The notes under the pieces were generated by a model, which saw nothing but the letters and a program-made list of their open reading frames with translations, was not told the DNA's origin and searched no databases. From Podarcis filfolensis (taxonomy: Eukaryota): a stretch of DNA of 64,000 nt. Positions 1 through 11,389 of the stretch are shown piece after piece. The stretch is taken from the NCBI GenBank assembly GCA_964270895.1, contig OZ185438.1. One strand, 5' to 3'. The position numbers and the translations under genes were made by a program. The stretch's first letter is position 1, and each line of letters starts with the position of its first letter.

Positions 1-503
1 TATATTCCCTCTTTAAAAAAAAAAAAAAAAGCTTGGTTTGCTGTTAGCTCCAATTTGAAGCCTGCAGGAGTTAGTTCACCCATCACCATTTTTAACTGAC
101 GTTGGCCCAAGCTGAAGCTGCTTTGAGGTTTTTGAGTTAACTGGTGAGTTAATGATGTTTTGGATAAATTCCATTTAAAGACCCTTCCCCTCAAAATGAA
201 GATCTATACGCATATTGCATCACAAGGCTTATGATACGATTCATGCCTGCATGAACTCAAACTACAGCAAGCAGAGTGGTGAGGTGGCATGCTCACCAGA
301 TCTGTGGTCTGTCATGTCACTGCTGCTTTTTGGGAAAAGACTGAAAAGGCTGGGAGCTTGAGGTAAGCAGCTGGGATGTGACTAACCAGAGATGTGGTGA
401 GCTCCGCTGCCCCACCCCAACTTCCTCTACGTGAATGAATGTATGCCTTAAGAAGACATCACAACTTGCCTGCAACTCTAGAATGAAGGGGAAAGCATTA
501 GAG

Positions 504-640
504 CAATGATGGGCAAACTTGGCCCTCCAGCTGTTTTGGGACTACAATTCCCATCATTCCTGACCACTGGTCTTGTTAGCTATGGGATGATGGGAGTTGT
601 AGTCCCAAAACAGCTGGAGGGCCAAGTTTGGCCATCACTG
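504..640. mobile_element. Palindromic hAT MITE
   Basis: Near-perfect foldback; exact 8-bp TSD CATTAGAG (496-503 and 641-648). Confidence 0.9.
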
Positions 641-1358
641 CATTAGAGGATAAGCTGGTCTTTGGGAAAGGTAGTCTAAAAATCTGAAAATCTTCCAAGG
701 TGCCCAGTCTTCTCAAGGGCACTATTTGAAAATTACTCTTTTGTCATATGAAGTGTCCTTCCCACTTCCCCTAAGTGGTGTTCTCATTTTGTATTTTTAT
801 AGTATGAACTGTCCTGTGATCTCAAGATGAAGGGAGCTATACAAATTTAACAAATTAAATAAAAAGTAGCAGAATTAGTGCTCTTACACTGCATTCGTCT
901 GACCCTGAAAAATGTATTGAATTATTCTCTTCCCCCACCTTGGTTCTTCATCAAGTGAAACTCAGTAGCCAAAAATGTTTGACAGTGAGACAGTTAATCA
1001 AGTGAAAAAATGAAAATACATAATACTTTAGCCTTCAAAAATAAGAAAAGAAAAAAGAATGAACATTCAAGGAAAGGTAAACACTGTATTTCACACAGAA
1101 GGAGAAAATGAAATGAAAAGTAAACTGTAAACAGCTAATAAATTTTGCTTTTTGAGTTTTTGCTTTCTCTGAGTCAATAAATAATCTAGGACTAAGATCC
1201 AAAGAGCTACTTTGAGTGATCCCTAGTGTTCATATATACCCGGTGGAATCCTGAACTTCTCTGTCATGTTCCTTGTCATGGTATGACAACATTCATAATG
1301 TTTTAAAGAAATAAATTCTTCAACTTTCAAAAATAGGATAACCATGCATGACTGGGAG

Positions 1359-1548
1359 TTCATAGAACTGTAGAGCTGGAAGGGACCCTGAGGACCATCT
1401 AGTCCAACCCCCTGAAATTCAGGAATCTCAAGTAAAGTATCCATGGCAGAGGACCATCTAACCTCTGCTTAAAAACCTGTATGAGAGTCCACAACCTCCC
1501 AAGGGAGACTGTTCCATCGTTGAACAGCTCTTATGGTCAGAAACTTCA
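1359..1548 (-). mobile_element. CR1 LINE 3' fragment
   Basis: Recognised CR1-type end (tcatagaactgtagagctggaagggaccctgagg...tagtccaacccc). Confidence 0.65.
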
Positions 1549-2021
1549 AGAAATTTAAGTCCAAAATGTGAATCAGTCGTGATTTTTTATCCTAGTACAG
1601 TATGGTAAAGGGAGGGGGTTGTAATGGTGGGGGGGGGGGCTTATCCACACCGACCTTTTGCCCTGTTCCTTCCTGCTCTTTCTTCTCCTTAAAACTGAAT
1701 TGGAGCAGTGTTTGGGTTTTCTGCAGATTGCTCCAATTCAGCTTTCATGGGGAAAGCTCTGGAACAAAAGGGGCGGGGCACTTGGACAGGGAGCTTTTAA
1801 GCATGGACCTTTGTCTGGAAAGAGAGGAGGAAAGGTCAGTGTGAATGGTCTGGTCAGCTTCCAGGTGGGGATTTTTCCTCTATTGAACTGAATACGGATT
1901 GGTAGAGTGTCAGGGACTGGGCAGATGAAGAGCAGGACCCCGACCCCCCGAGCCTTCCAGAGAGGAGGGAGAGGGAGAGAGTATGGACCCAGGATAATGG
2001 TGGCTTGAGACAGGACACACC

Positions 2022-2587
2022 CAGTGCCAGATTTACCTATAAGCTGTTATGTACTGAGTTGAATAGGATCCAGATTGCAGCAGTCTGATTGGTCCACAGG
2101 AGCCACCCAATCCAGCTCCAGGTGGAGGTGAATCTGCAACCTGATTGGCCTACACGAGAATCCCGGAATTTGCCAATCACGTGGGGCCCACTGTGTAAAT
2201 AATGTATATAAAGCAGACATTCTGGGGGAACTTCCATTCCTCCTCACCACTATGAGCTGAATAAAGAGCATGAAATCCACTCTCGACTCAGAGTATATTT
2301 TATAAGCTAAACAAGCTATAGCTTAGGGCCCCCAAAAAAATTTAAAGGAAAAATAATGGATGTAGATTTCCAAAATATAAGATAAAAAACAAATAAAAAA
2401 ATAAAACCTACATGCAGCAAGAGTGGCAAATGTCTTTAGATACCTATTGGGTCCATAAATTACCATATAGCATATATTCAACACAAGAAACAGTGACAAT
2501 TTGTTGTTGACAAAGGACAGCTGGACGTAGAAAGGGCCCCATTACCTTCAGTAGCTTAGGGCCTCGTCAAACCTAAATCTGGCCCTG
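2022..2587 (+). mobile_element. Non-autonomous hAT element
   Basis: TIRs CAGTGCCAGATTTA / TAAATCTGGCCCTG; exact 8-bp TSD GACACACC; paralog at 58532-58940. Confidence 0.92.
2045..2302 (+). mobile_element. Solo LTR (Gypsy-like) nested in the hAT element
   Basis: TGTTATG start, TATA-like TATATAAA, AATAAA, 5-bp TSD TAAGC (2040-2044 and 2303-2307). The empty site is visible in the paralog near 58550. Confidence 0.88.
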
Positions 2588-3116
2588 GACACACCCCAGA
2601 AGAAGAAAGGAGTTGGGAGATAACGGCTGCTGAAGAACAGGAGCAAGACAGCAGGTGCACCAGCCCTGAACAGAGACAGGAATCAGATGTGTTAGGAACA
2701 GTGCAGCGGCCAAGTGACACAGTGTCTCTGGAGAGTATGCTAGAGCCCCCTCCTTCCCCGAGAACCCTTTGTATCTCAGAGCAGAAAGTCAAACAGAGAC
2801 AGGGGGATTTCCTGAGCAGCAACCATGAATAGTAGGAGGGGTCTGAGGGCTAGGAAGTACCTGCCAGGGGGTGGAGTGGCAACGTAGGGTCAAGTGTGAG
2901 GGTGTACATTCCATGTCTCCCTGTGTTTCGGTGGATTAAATTAAAAGAACTGAATATGCTCTCTCTGCATCTCTGATTTCACTAGGCAGATAGCTGTTGA
3001 TGGCAGCTCCTGACACAGGCACATTGCAGCTTTTTGCTGTAAATTCCCTTCCTGCTACCCTCAATAGTTAAAACTGCCACCATTTGCCTAGAATAGTTAT
3101 TATTTTCTGGTATCTG

Positions 3117-3339
3117 TAGGGTTGCCATATTTCAAACAGTTGTTGAGCTTTTTCCGGTTTTGCCCAAACTTATTGTGCATTTGGGCAAGACCGCTTTTAA
3201 AAATGCCATTTTTAAATTGAAAAATGGCAAAAACGGTTGAAATGGGCATCCAGATTTCCCCAGGCATTTTCCCGATTTCCGCCAGGACACTGCTGTCCAC
3301 CACAGTGTTCTGGATATGTCCGGACATATGGTAACCCTA
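3117..3339. mobile_element. TIR MITE (hAT-like)
   Basis: TAGGGTTGCCATAT...ATATGGTAACCCTA termini. Confidence 0.7.
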
Positions 3340-3594
3340 GATCCGTCCCTATTTTATCCTTTTCCCCCGTAAGTTGCTAGGGCTCTCCAGGTCCTCCCTC
3401 CCCGCCAAGTGGAAGTTTTATAAAAGTTAAATCTCTGTGGAACACAATGCACCTTGCATCTAGTGTCCACAAGATTTCCACACTTCTTCAAATGTTGAGA
3501 TTAAATTTCAGAAGTTTAAACATATCAAATATGCATTCAAACTGTATTGTAATAGAACATGGACATCAAATAAATGTATTGTCATTTAAATCAT

Positions 3595-4016
3595 GTAATA
3601 ATAATAATAATAATAATTTATTATTTGTACCCCGCCCATCTGGCTGGGCTTCCCCAGCCACTCTGGGCGGCTTCCAAAAAAATATTAAAATCCTCTAATA
3701 CATCAGACATTAAAAGCTTCCCTAAATAGGGCTGCCTTCAGATGTCTTCTAAAAGTCTGATAGTTGTTGTTCTCTTTGACATCTGCTGGTAGGGCGTTCC
3801 ACAGGGCGGGCGCCACTACCGAGAAGGCCCTCTGCCTGGTTCCCTGTAACTTGGCTTCTCGCAGTGAGGGAACCGCCAGAAGGCCCTCGGTGCTGGATCT
3901 CAGTGTCCGGGCGGAACGATGGGGGTGGAGACGCTCCTTCAGGTATACTGGGCCTTTGAGGCCATTTAGGGCTTTAAAGGTCAGCACCAACACTTTGAAT
4001 TGTGCTCGGAAACGTA
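3595..4016 (-). mobile_element. L2-clade LINE 3' end with (TTA)n tail
   Basis: ORF2 C-terminus LVLTFKALNGL.GP.YLKERL...RAFSVVAPALWNALP is typical of L2. Confidence 0.88.
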
Positions 4017-4868
4017 AGTTGGGAAGATTTTATAAATGTCAGACTAATGCAGAAACAGAACCCATTCAAACAGTCCACTGAAAATAGATAGATTCACCCA
4101 CTCTACATACAACATCCTATTTTCATATAGATTAATGCTGGAGGATATGTTCACTGAATGTACTTTATAACATAAACTCTTTACTGTGGTAGTACTGTGA
4201 ACCATCTGCATCTTGGGGGCAGAAAAAGCTACACCATGTCCAACTGTATTGGATAGTTTGACTGACAGAAAGCAATCTGTTTCTGTGAAATCTGTTTGAA
4301 ATCCTTTATCCTACCTGTTTGTATAAATTATACATTTGAGAAATTTGTGGTAGAATAATTTCCCTTGAGGCAAAGTCTTAATTGTGTGAATGTGGTAGAA
4401 ATCTATTCACCTCCACCCGCATGGCCCACTTTCTGTGAATGTGCTGCTTGTCTATAGCTGCAGGCTCCTGGGAATTCACACTAAAAAAAAAATCCTGGTA
4501 CCAGTTCCATTAAGTTTTCTTTTAAACCAAGTTCCTAAGAGTTCACCTGGAAAAAATTGACTCTATGCTTTTCTAAAGTACTTCCCAGTACAGCTAAATT
4601 GGACACTGCTGTTTTAAATTAGAATTCTCCCTCTCCCTTATTCTCTTTTAAGTTCTGGTGGTTGAATCCGTAGTCAACGGAATTAACGTTCAGCCAAGCT
4701 TAGGAAGTACCTTTGCTGAAGTTTGAAGATGTTCATTTGAGACATTCAGATGTACTGCATTAGAGAATCCCCCCTTGCTTCTAACTCTTCTCTGATGTAG
4801 CCACTTTGAAAGTTTGTACCTAGAATAGACAAATGATTTCTGAAAGTGAGGTGGCAGTCAGTAAATGT

Positions 4869-4984
4869 TAGGCTTGCCATATGTCAGAAAAATTCCTGAC
4901 ATGTCCTGGTTTTTGGGTATAAAAATGGCGTCAGTGGAGATTTTTTTTTTGAAAAGCTCAACTTTTCGAAATATGGCAATCCTA
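4869..4984. mobile_element. hAT MITE
   Basis: TAGGCTTGCCATAT/ATATGGCAATCCTA TIRs; TSD GTAAATGT/CTAAATGT. Confidence 0.8.
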
Positions 4985-5349
4985 CTAAATGTAAACTTTC
5001 AGCACTTCAGGAAAAAAACAAAACATGCATTGGCTTTGAGCTATGAGCTCTTTTCTGAAACAGACACTCATCAGATGAGATCTACCACACACTTGACCTT
5101 CTCTTTATTCTCAGCAACTAATTTTTCCATAAGACCTGGGTCAGCGAGAATCCAGAACAATTACAATGCAATCCTAGCTATGTCTACTGAGAAATAAGTC
5201 CCATGGAGACTACTCACAAGCAAGTGGGTACAATATAGTAATCTAGCCTTCTAGCACAATCTTAATTATGCCTACTCAGAAGTCCTACTGAATTCAATGA
5301 TGTTTACTCCCAAGTAAGTGGGGTTGGATTCCAGCTAGACAGGATGATC

Positions 5350-5508
5350 CAAACCCTGCCTGGCAGTTGGTTGGCATCTGTCTGTCTTGGGAGACAATGA
5401 AGGAGTGCACCTATGGGGGCGAAGTCAAACCGTTGGAGAGTTACAGCCTTTGCTGTGGCTGTAGAGGCTGAAATGGGAGAGACATGTTTTGTTGCAGCTG
5501 GAGCAGGT
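5350..5508 (-). mobile_element. RTE-clade LINE 3' fragment
   Basis: Encodes a C..CNKTCLS.ISLYSH-type C-terminus; homologous to 60262-60410. Confidence 0.7.
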
Positions 5509-5509
5509 G

Positions 5510-5857
5510 TAAGGTAAAGGTAAAGGGACCCCTGACCGTTAGGTCTAGTCGTGCCCAACTCTGGGGTTGCGCCGCTCATCTTGCTTTATTGGCCAAGGGA
5601 GCTGGCATACAGCTTCTGGGTCACGTGGCCAGCATGACTAAGCCGCTTCTGGCGAACTAGAGCAGAGCACGGAAATGCCGTTTACCTTCCCGCCGGAGCG
5701 GTACCTATTTATCTACTTGCACTTTGATATGCTTTCGAACTGCTAGGTTGGCAGGAGCAGGGACCGAGCAACGGGAGCTCACCCCGTTGCGGGGATTCGA
5801 ACCACCGACCTTCTGATTGGCAAGCCCTAGGCTCTGTGGTTTAACCCACAGCGCTAC
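5510..5857 (-). mobile_element. Sauria SINE, near full length
   Basis: tRNA-like head with GGTTCGAATCC B-box and (ACCTTT)n tail. Confidence 0.88.
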
Positions 5858-5945
5858 AATGGCATTTGCTTTTGCCTGGTGCAGTAGTTCAGTCTGCTTG
5901 TCGAGTGATACTCTGAGCTCCAAGCATCCACTGAAGCAGGCAGAC

Positions 5946-6189
5946 TGTTATGTACCGAAGTTCTCACCCTGGCCACCAGGGGGTATTGTGTATGTAGTTT
6001 TCACTCAGGTCCACGTAAGTTAATTTAGGCAGAAAACCATGGGCTGTTGTTGTTACAATGTTGACAGCAGGCTGCCTATAAAAGCAGGCCAGCTGAGCTG
6101 TTTGCTGTTCAGTTCACTTCCAGCTTACCTATAAAGAACTACGTGGAGAAATCTCTGTGTTGTCTGCTATGTCCTCCCACTACTTAATA
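5946..6189 (+). mobile_element. Solo LTR, possibly nested in an older LTR-like sequence (about 5870-6477)
   Basis: TGTTATGTAC start like the 2045 LTR, TATAAAA, end CTTAATA; TSD CAGAC/GAGAC. Confidence 0.65.
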
Positions 6190-6915
6190 GAGACTATGGA
6201 GAGTGAGCACTTAATTGACCGGGGGCTGCCCAGCTAAAGGCGGGTGATAGCTGAGCAGGGAAGAGCGATGATCTCTCCCACTGATGAAGGCAACCTGTTG
6301 TGCTTCTACCTTGCTCCAATCAGGCTGAGCTTGTAATTCGTAACTGCTGCCTTCTGTGTTGTTTTTGCTGCATTTGCATCACTGAAGTGACCTTGCTGGG
6401 ATGCAAGCCTGGGAAGTGTGTATGCAGGTCCCGGGTTGCCCAGAATAGACTATCCCCCTCTTGGCCGGGCAGTGACAGAGCATGAAAGAGCAGTAGAGCT
6501 ACCCCTGTACCTGCAGTCCTATTGCTCAGCCAGGGAAATCATCATAGCAGCTTGGAGCTGGCTCAATAACTGGGCCTAGGCCATGCCTGATGTTCCCCAG
6601 TGGCACCAGGTCAGGAAACTTGGTAAGTGCACTTAACCAGGTTTAAAGCCCCAAAAGTGCCCTCACATGCTTTCACAACAACTTTTCAGGAGCTAATTCT
6701 AGGTGACAATCAACAACATTAACAAATTTGGTAATATCTGTATATTTAGGAAAGCCATTAGTGCATAGTATTATTATTTTATTATTACTTTAATAACTGT
6801 CTTCTTCATAAGTGTCTCGAGGTTATGTGCAATAAAAATGGCAAAAAACAGTTTAAAATTAAAAACACACACCAGCGGATACATTTAAAACTAAACTAAA
6901 ACAAAGTCCTATTTA

Positions 6916-7007
6916 CACAGCTGTCAACGTTTCCCCCCTTTTTAAAGGGAAATTCCCTTCTTCTGAATAGGATTCCTCGCAAGAAAAGGGAAAAGTTGAC
7001 AGCTATG
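6916..7007. mobile_element. Very short hAT MITE (92 bp)
   Basis: CACAGCTGTCAAC/GTTGACAGCTATG TIRs; exact TSD CCTATTTA. Confidence 0.88.
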
Positions 7008-7199
7008 CCTATTTATCCAGTTGGGAAAGCCTGTCCAAACAAAACTATGAACTGGCATCCATTTTCATTAGATGCTTAGGCTGGTCCATGCCTAGATTTC
7101 TCTTGATTTCTCTGCACTTCATGAGTGGACCATTTAACTATTGCATACAGCTTGATATACCGTAAATCACAAATGAATCAACCCTTGATAACTGAATCT

Positions 7200-7498
7200 G
7201 TGTGACGGTTTGAGCTCCCGTTGCTCTGTCCCCTAACCTAGCAGTTCAAAAGCACACCAGTGCAAGTAGCTAAATGGGTACCGCTACGCTGTGGCAGGAA
7301 AGTAAATGGTACTTCTGTGTGTTCTGGCATCTGTCACAGTCCTCCGTGCACCAGTAGCTGTTTAGTCCTGTTGGCCACATGACCTGGAAGGCTGTCTGTG
7401 GAGAAACGCTGGCTCCCTCGGCCTGAAAAGCAAGATGAGTGCCGCACCCCATAGTCGCATTTGACTGGACTTAATCGTCCAGGGGTCCTTTGCCTTAC
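7200..7498 (+). mobile_element. Sauria SINE, 5'-truncated
   Basis: Homologous to 37437-37805. Confidence 0.8.
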
Positions 7499-8471
7499 AC
7501 CCATTGAAATCAATGGATCAAAGTGACTTCATTGGTTTCAGTGTGTCTACTTTGAGTACGAGTTAGGTATCACCCATTGTTTTTAAGGAGATAATGGAAG
7601 TTTTGGCTGTGGTGCCCTCATATTTTAGACATCCCTTGATATTTCATGAGTGAAATGACAAATATATATGCACAATCCAGCCTGTAGTAAAAAACGAAAA
7701 TTCATATTATCGTCATATTATCTATATTAAGTCATGTGCCTTTGACACACATCTTTCTTCATTTTCTTTATTCAGTGTCAAGGTTGGTATACCCCTCGTT
7801 GCCTTTATGTTTGTGATGTACACTTTGCAGGCTTCCTGCAGAGGGTGATGCTCATGACCCTTCATGAATAGGATCCTTTCCGTTTTCAGTTATAAAGTAG
7901 GACTGGCAGAGGTGGGGGGGGGGGCTGACTGCAATTATACTTTTGGTGGGGAGGAACGTATGTGCATCTATCTCAGAGGGATTTCCCAGAATCAACAGCT
8001 CTGTGTATAACATAAAGGAGGGAGGGCAGTAATTCAATATTTCTGAAGCAGAGGATGCAAGCCCACCAGCTTGCCCGTAATTCATGCTATAATTCCATCT
8101 CCTTTGCATAATCAGGGAGATGAGCTGCCAGCAAACTGTTCTTGTACAAGGGAACAGCAATATGCTGGAGTTTTCTCTGTAAGCTGGTGTGTTCTGATCA
8201 GCAGAGCCATGTGGAATAAGAAATAATATTTTTAAATATCATTTTTTAAAAGTAAAACGCAGCTGCCAGTTTAGCATTCCTTTGCAAGTTATTAACTACA
8301 TAGCTTGGGGGAAGGTTCTGGAATCATTTTGGGATGGCATTTTAACAGGCCAAGTGCTTCACAGTCTTAACCTTGCACATGACCTTTCAGCCATCAGTCT
8401 TTCTTCATGTAACTCCCAGAAATATATTTCTGGGTTTTTTAAACTGCCATGTAAATGTTATTTATTTGACA

Positions 8472-8473
<2 letters not shown>

Positions 8474-8517
<44 letters not shown>

Positions 8518-8530
8518 GCTATTATTATTA
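8474..8530. repeat. (TTA)n microsatellite
   Basis: Read directly. Confidence 0.95.
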
Positions 8531-8593
8531 CAGAAGGGGGAAAACTGATTTGGGGATTTTAGGGTGAATGGGATTAGTGAAATAACACAGTAG

Positions 8594-8709
8594 CAGTGCA
8601 GCGGCAGCAGGAGGACCCATTAGCTAAAGTGGTGCTTCAGGTTAAGAACAGTTTCAGGTTAAGAACGGACCTCCGGAATGAATTAAGTACTTAACCCGAG
8701 GTACCACTG
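8594..8709 (+). mobile_element. Tc1/mariner MITE family A, 3' half
   Basis: Matches the right half of 61307-61548 and ends GAGGTACCACTG-TA. Confidence 0.85.
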
Positions 8710-9080
8710 TACTGCAAAAGTGTCATCCCACCAGAATACTAATGTAGCCCATAGGTCTGTGCTAATGACTCTTTTTATCTCAAGAATGGAGGGGGAAATA
8801 CTGGAAGTTTCAATAGTTTGAAAACTTATTTTATTTAACTCCTAATTATTATGGAAACATAATCTGCATTAGTAATCCCATTCTGGTGTGATAATTATGT
8901 TAAACATATATGTGAGGGCAGAAAGCGATATGGCAGATTCAGATGCAAATTCTTTTGCGCGTCGAGGTCCCCAAGACACCCCCCCAAAGAAAACCACAAT
9001 TGACACTTAATTTTTGTTTAAGGTTTTTGGCATAATTTTGGCCACAACTTTATTCAAATTACAGCAATGTGAGTGGTTGC

Positions 9081-9483
9081 TTAGGCATTGGTAGCACTAA
9101 CTGACCCCGCACAGGGACAGCTCTGACATTCGTACCCCCCGCGAAGTCAGCAAGGGTAAGTCACCTGGGGAGAGAGACGGGACTGGGAACCATGCCTCAC
9201 CTCTCCCCAGAATGCTCCCAGGGGCTTGCGTGGCCCTAGCCCCTTGCCAGGGGGTTTCGGACAAAAGCATGGGGAGCCCCTGGGTTCCTTTAACGGAAAA
9301 CCCTTCAGCAGCAGCATTTTGGAGGGGCAGGCACAGCCAAATCCATACCCCTCCACCAGCAGCAGCATTTTGGAGGGGCAGGCACAGCCGAATCCATACC
9401 CCTCCACCAGCAGCAGCATTTTGGAGGGGCAGGCACAGCCGAATCCATACCCCTCCACCAACCAATTCCAGACCAATGCCTAA
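9081..9483. repeat. Ngaro 3' cassette 1, bounded by a perfect 12-bp inverted repeat and containing 3 x 51-bp tandem repeats (9307-9459)
   Basis: TTAGGCATTGGT at 9081-9092 and ACCAATGCCTAA at 9472-9483. Unit AGCAGCAGCATTTTGGAGGGGCAGGCACAGCCRAATCCATACCCCTCCACC. Confidence 0.9.
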
Positions 9484-9519
9484 CCGCCAACTGAGCACTG
9501 AAGCTCACCGCCAAACCAC

Positions 9520-10445
9520 TCACAAATGCAACCCTTCCTTCAATCCCAAAGCAACCGCAGCCAACCAGGTGTCGTTCCCTACAGGGGAAAGATATACCCC
9601 ATCTGTCCTAAAGAGGGCAACAGCATTGAAGGAAATAGCAGGGTGCAATATCACAGAACCACTGTTATTTTATTTATTTATTTATATATATTTTATTTTA
9701 TTTTTATTTATTTATTTTATTTTATTTTCCACCGCCTTATTAACATGCTTTCTGGCCTGCTCAGTGGTAGTTTAGGCATTGGTTCCGACTATCTGCACCT
9801 GACCTCAGCAGGGCAGCACTGACGACTGGGCCCCACCATATCATCAGTACAAGCAAACATTGTGGGTGAGCAATGAACCAGGATCAGACTCAAGCGCACC
9901 CCAAATTCTCCAGGGACCCTTGCGTGGCCCTACCCCTCGAAAGGGGTCGACAAAAGCATGGCGAATCCTTGGATTCCTTTAAAGGATTACCTTTGCGCAT
10001 TGGAGGGGACAGGTGCTCCGACCCCCCCTCCAGACTACCTTGAACCAATGCCTTAAATTATTTTGAGTCCAGGGAGAGCTGCCATCAACTCATCCAAGTC
10101 CTCCTGCATGCAGGAATGCAAACTTATGCTGTAAGAAGACGGCAAGTCATTCTCGTCCAGCGGCCCCACTAGCACTGCGGGAGGACCTGCACAGGTCACA
10201 CTCGACCGCACCAAAGGAAGGAACTCCTCCCAAAGCATTCCCCATCTGGACACCCAGTGTATGTTCACATGGGCAGGAAGACTGAGATGGCGCCCCAGTC
10301 TAGACTCGTCAGCGCGCTTGCCAGCCCAGTGTACAATGCTTTATTATTTTATTTATTTATTATTTTATTTTATTATTTTATTTTCCACCGCCTTATTAAC
10401 ATGCTTTCTGGCCTGCTCGACCACAATCCAAATGTGCACAGCTGC
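9520..10445 (-). pseudogene. SGNH/GDSL hydrolase ORF remnant of the Ngaro element (interrupted twice)
   Basis: HIWIV|SIVHWAGKRA...WGMLW...PPAVLVGPLDENDL...PGLKII|EQARKHVNKAV..GSVILHP...LFRTDGVYLS corresponds to SGNH blocks I, II, III and V. Confidence 0.8.
9772..10056. repeat. Cassette 2: diverged homolog of cassette 1 with the same terminal inverted repeat
   Basis: AGGCATTGGTT at 9774-9784 and AACCAATGCCT at 10043-10053. Shares CTTGCGTGGCCCTA, GACAAAAGCATGG, TTCCTTTA and TGGAGGGG..CCCCTCCA with cassette 1. Confidence 0.85.
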
Positions 10446-10488
10446 TCCTATGAAAAAAGGAAATAACAGACAGGCATCAGCACAGACA

Positions 10489-11369
10489 TCATTGGTGACA
10501 CTTCCTGATGTAACCCTTGTCAGCATCAGACTTCCAATGACCCGTATTCACAATCCTGTCTACTGACAGGCCCCCAGTGTGCAGCCTTTGCAGCAGCCCC
10601 ATTCGGAAGGAATGAGGCGTGTTCAGCGGTAGGCAAGCCACAGGCCGTAGTAACTGGTGCACGATGTAAGCACATTGATGCCTGGCTAACGGGAACCCAT
10701 TTTCATGCACTAGGAGCGGGCCAGCCCCCAGGGGAACAAAAAGCCAAATATTTCTGGTATCCATAAACCGGCGAGGTGAGGGGAAGCCTGATGGTGGCAC
10801 TCCTGCCCACTAGGTCTGTTTTAGAGTTCCCAACTCTAATGACCAGCTCCAAAGCAGATAAGGAAAAGTCCGGAAGCAATAAGCCTCCAGACTCTCAGCC
10901 CCGTGCTGGCTCCAACACAATTTCCCCAACCCTCAGTGCACCAAAAATGCAATGGAATACTGGAAGGAGTCTCGCCTTGATCTTTAACCAGCAGGCAAGT
11001 TATAACTTGTTGCAGATAGGTAAAAATTTACCGACTTCCTGCCCACTGTCGTATGAGGTTGGAGCCTATTCCAACCTTCCAAGGCCCTGTGCATGACAGA
11101 CTTTATACAAGGGTCTCTGCAAATTAAAGCTTTACTATAACAGACATTGCAGCGGACTGAATACTGATAGTTTTAACAGCACATCCAATCTGCAGCAGGT
11201 GGACCAAATACTGCAGGATCTGCTCACAGGATGGGGGCCAGTTCTTCTGAATGGCCGAGGACTGCCAGCTTAAGGCTAAGAAATCCATCCAGGCCTTCTC
11301 ATAAGAGCTAAAAGCAGAAGGGGAAATGGAAGCTGCTGCTCTCTGTAATTGACAACTAATTGTTGTCAA
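10489..11369 (-). pseudogene. Tyrosine recombinase remnant
   Basis: N-terminal SAFSSYEKAWMDF, then FGALRVGE (10921-10947), SKTD, PHSFR and GHWKSDADKGYIR: the catalytic R-K-H-R-Y motifs are recognisable. Confidence 0.9.
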
Positions 11370-11389
11370 AGTGCCACAGGTGGTCTGGA

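Larger units (their letters stand above)
1908..3015 (+). mobile_element. Probable solo LTR (host of the nested hAT element and LTR)
   Basis: TGTCAGG...CCTGACA termini; the sequence is continuous once the hAT element is removed. No clear TSD. Confidence 0.55.

Noticed and set aside
8282-8567. Poly-Leu and poly-Tyr ORFs
   Set aside because: Microsatellite translations.
9307-9459. CRISPR-like array
   Set aside because: Contiguous tandem units with no unique spacers, in a eukaryotic context.
9097-9775. ORFs of 85-187 aa with repeated peptides
   Set aside because: Translations of the 51-bp tandem repeat and the AT tract.
9790-9860. CTGATGA on the minus strand as a hammerhead core or C/D-box snoRNA
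   Set aside because: No stem II followed by GAAA; the C-to-D spacing is too short and there is no terminal stem.
9665-10418. Identical AT-tailed segments read as 5'-truncated LINE tails
   Set aside because: The core translates as EQARKHVNKAV and fits the gap in the SGNH ORF, so a local copy is the better explanation.
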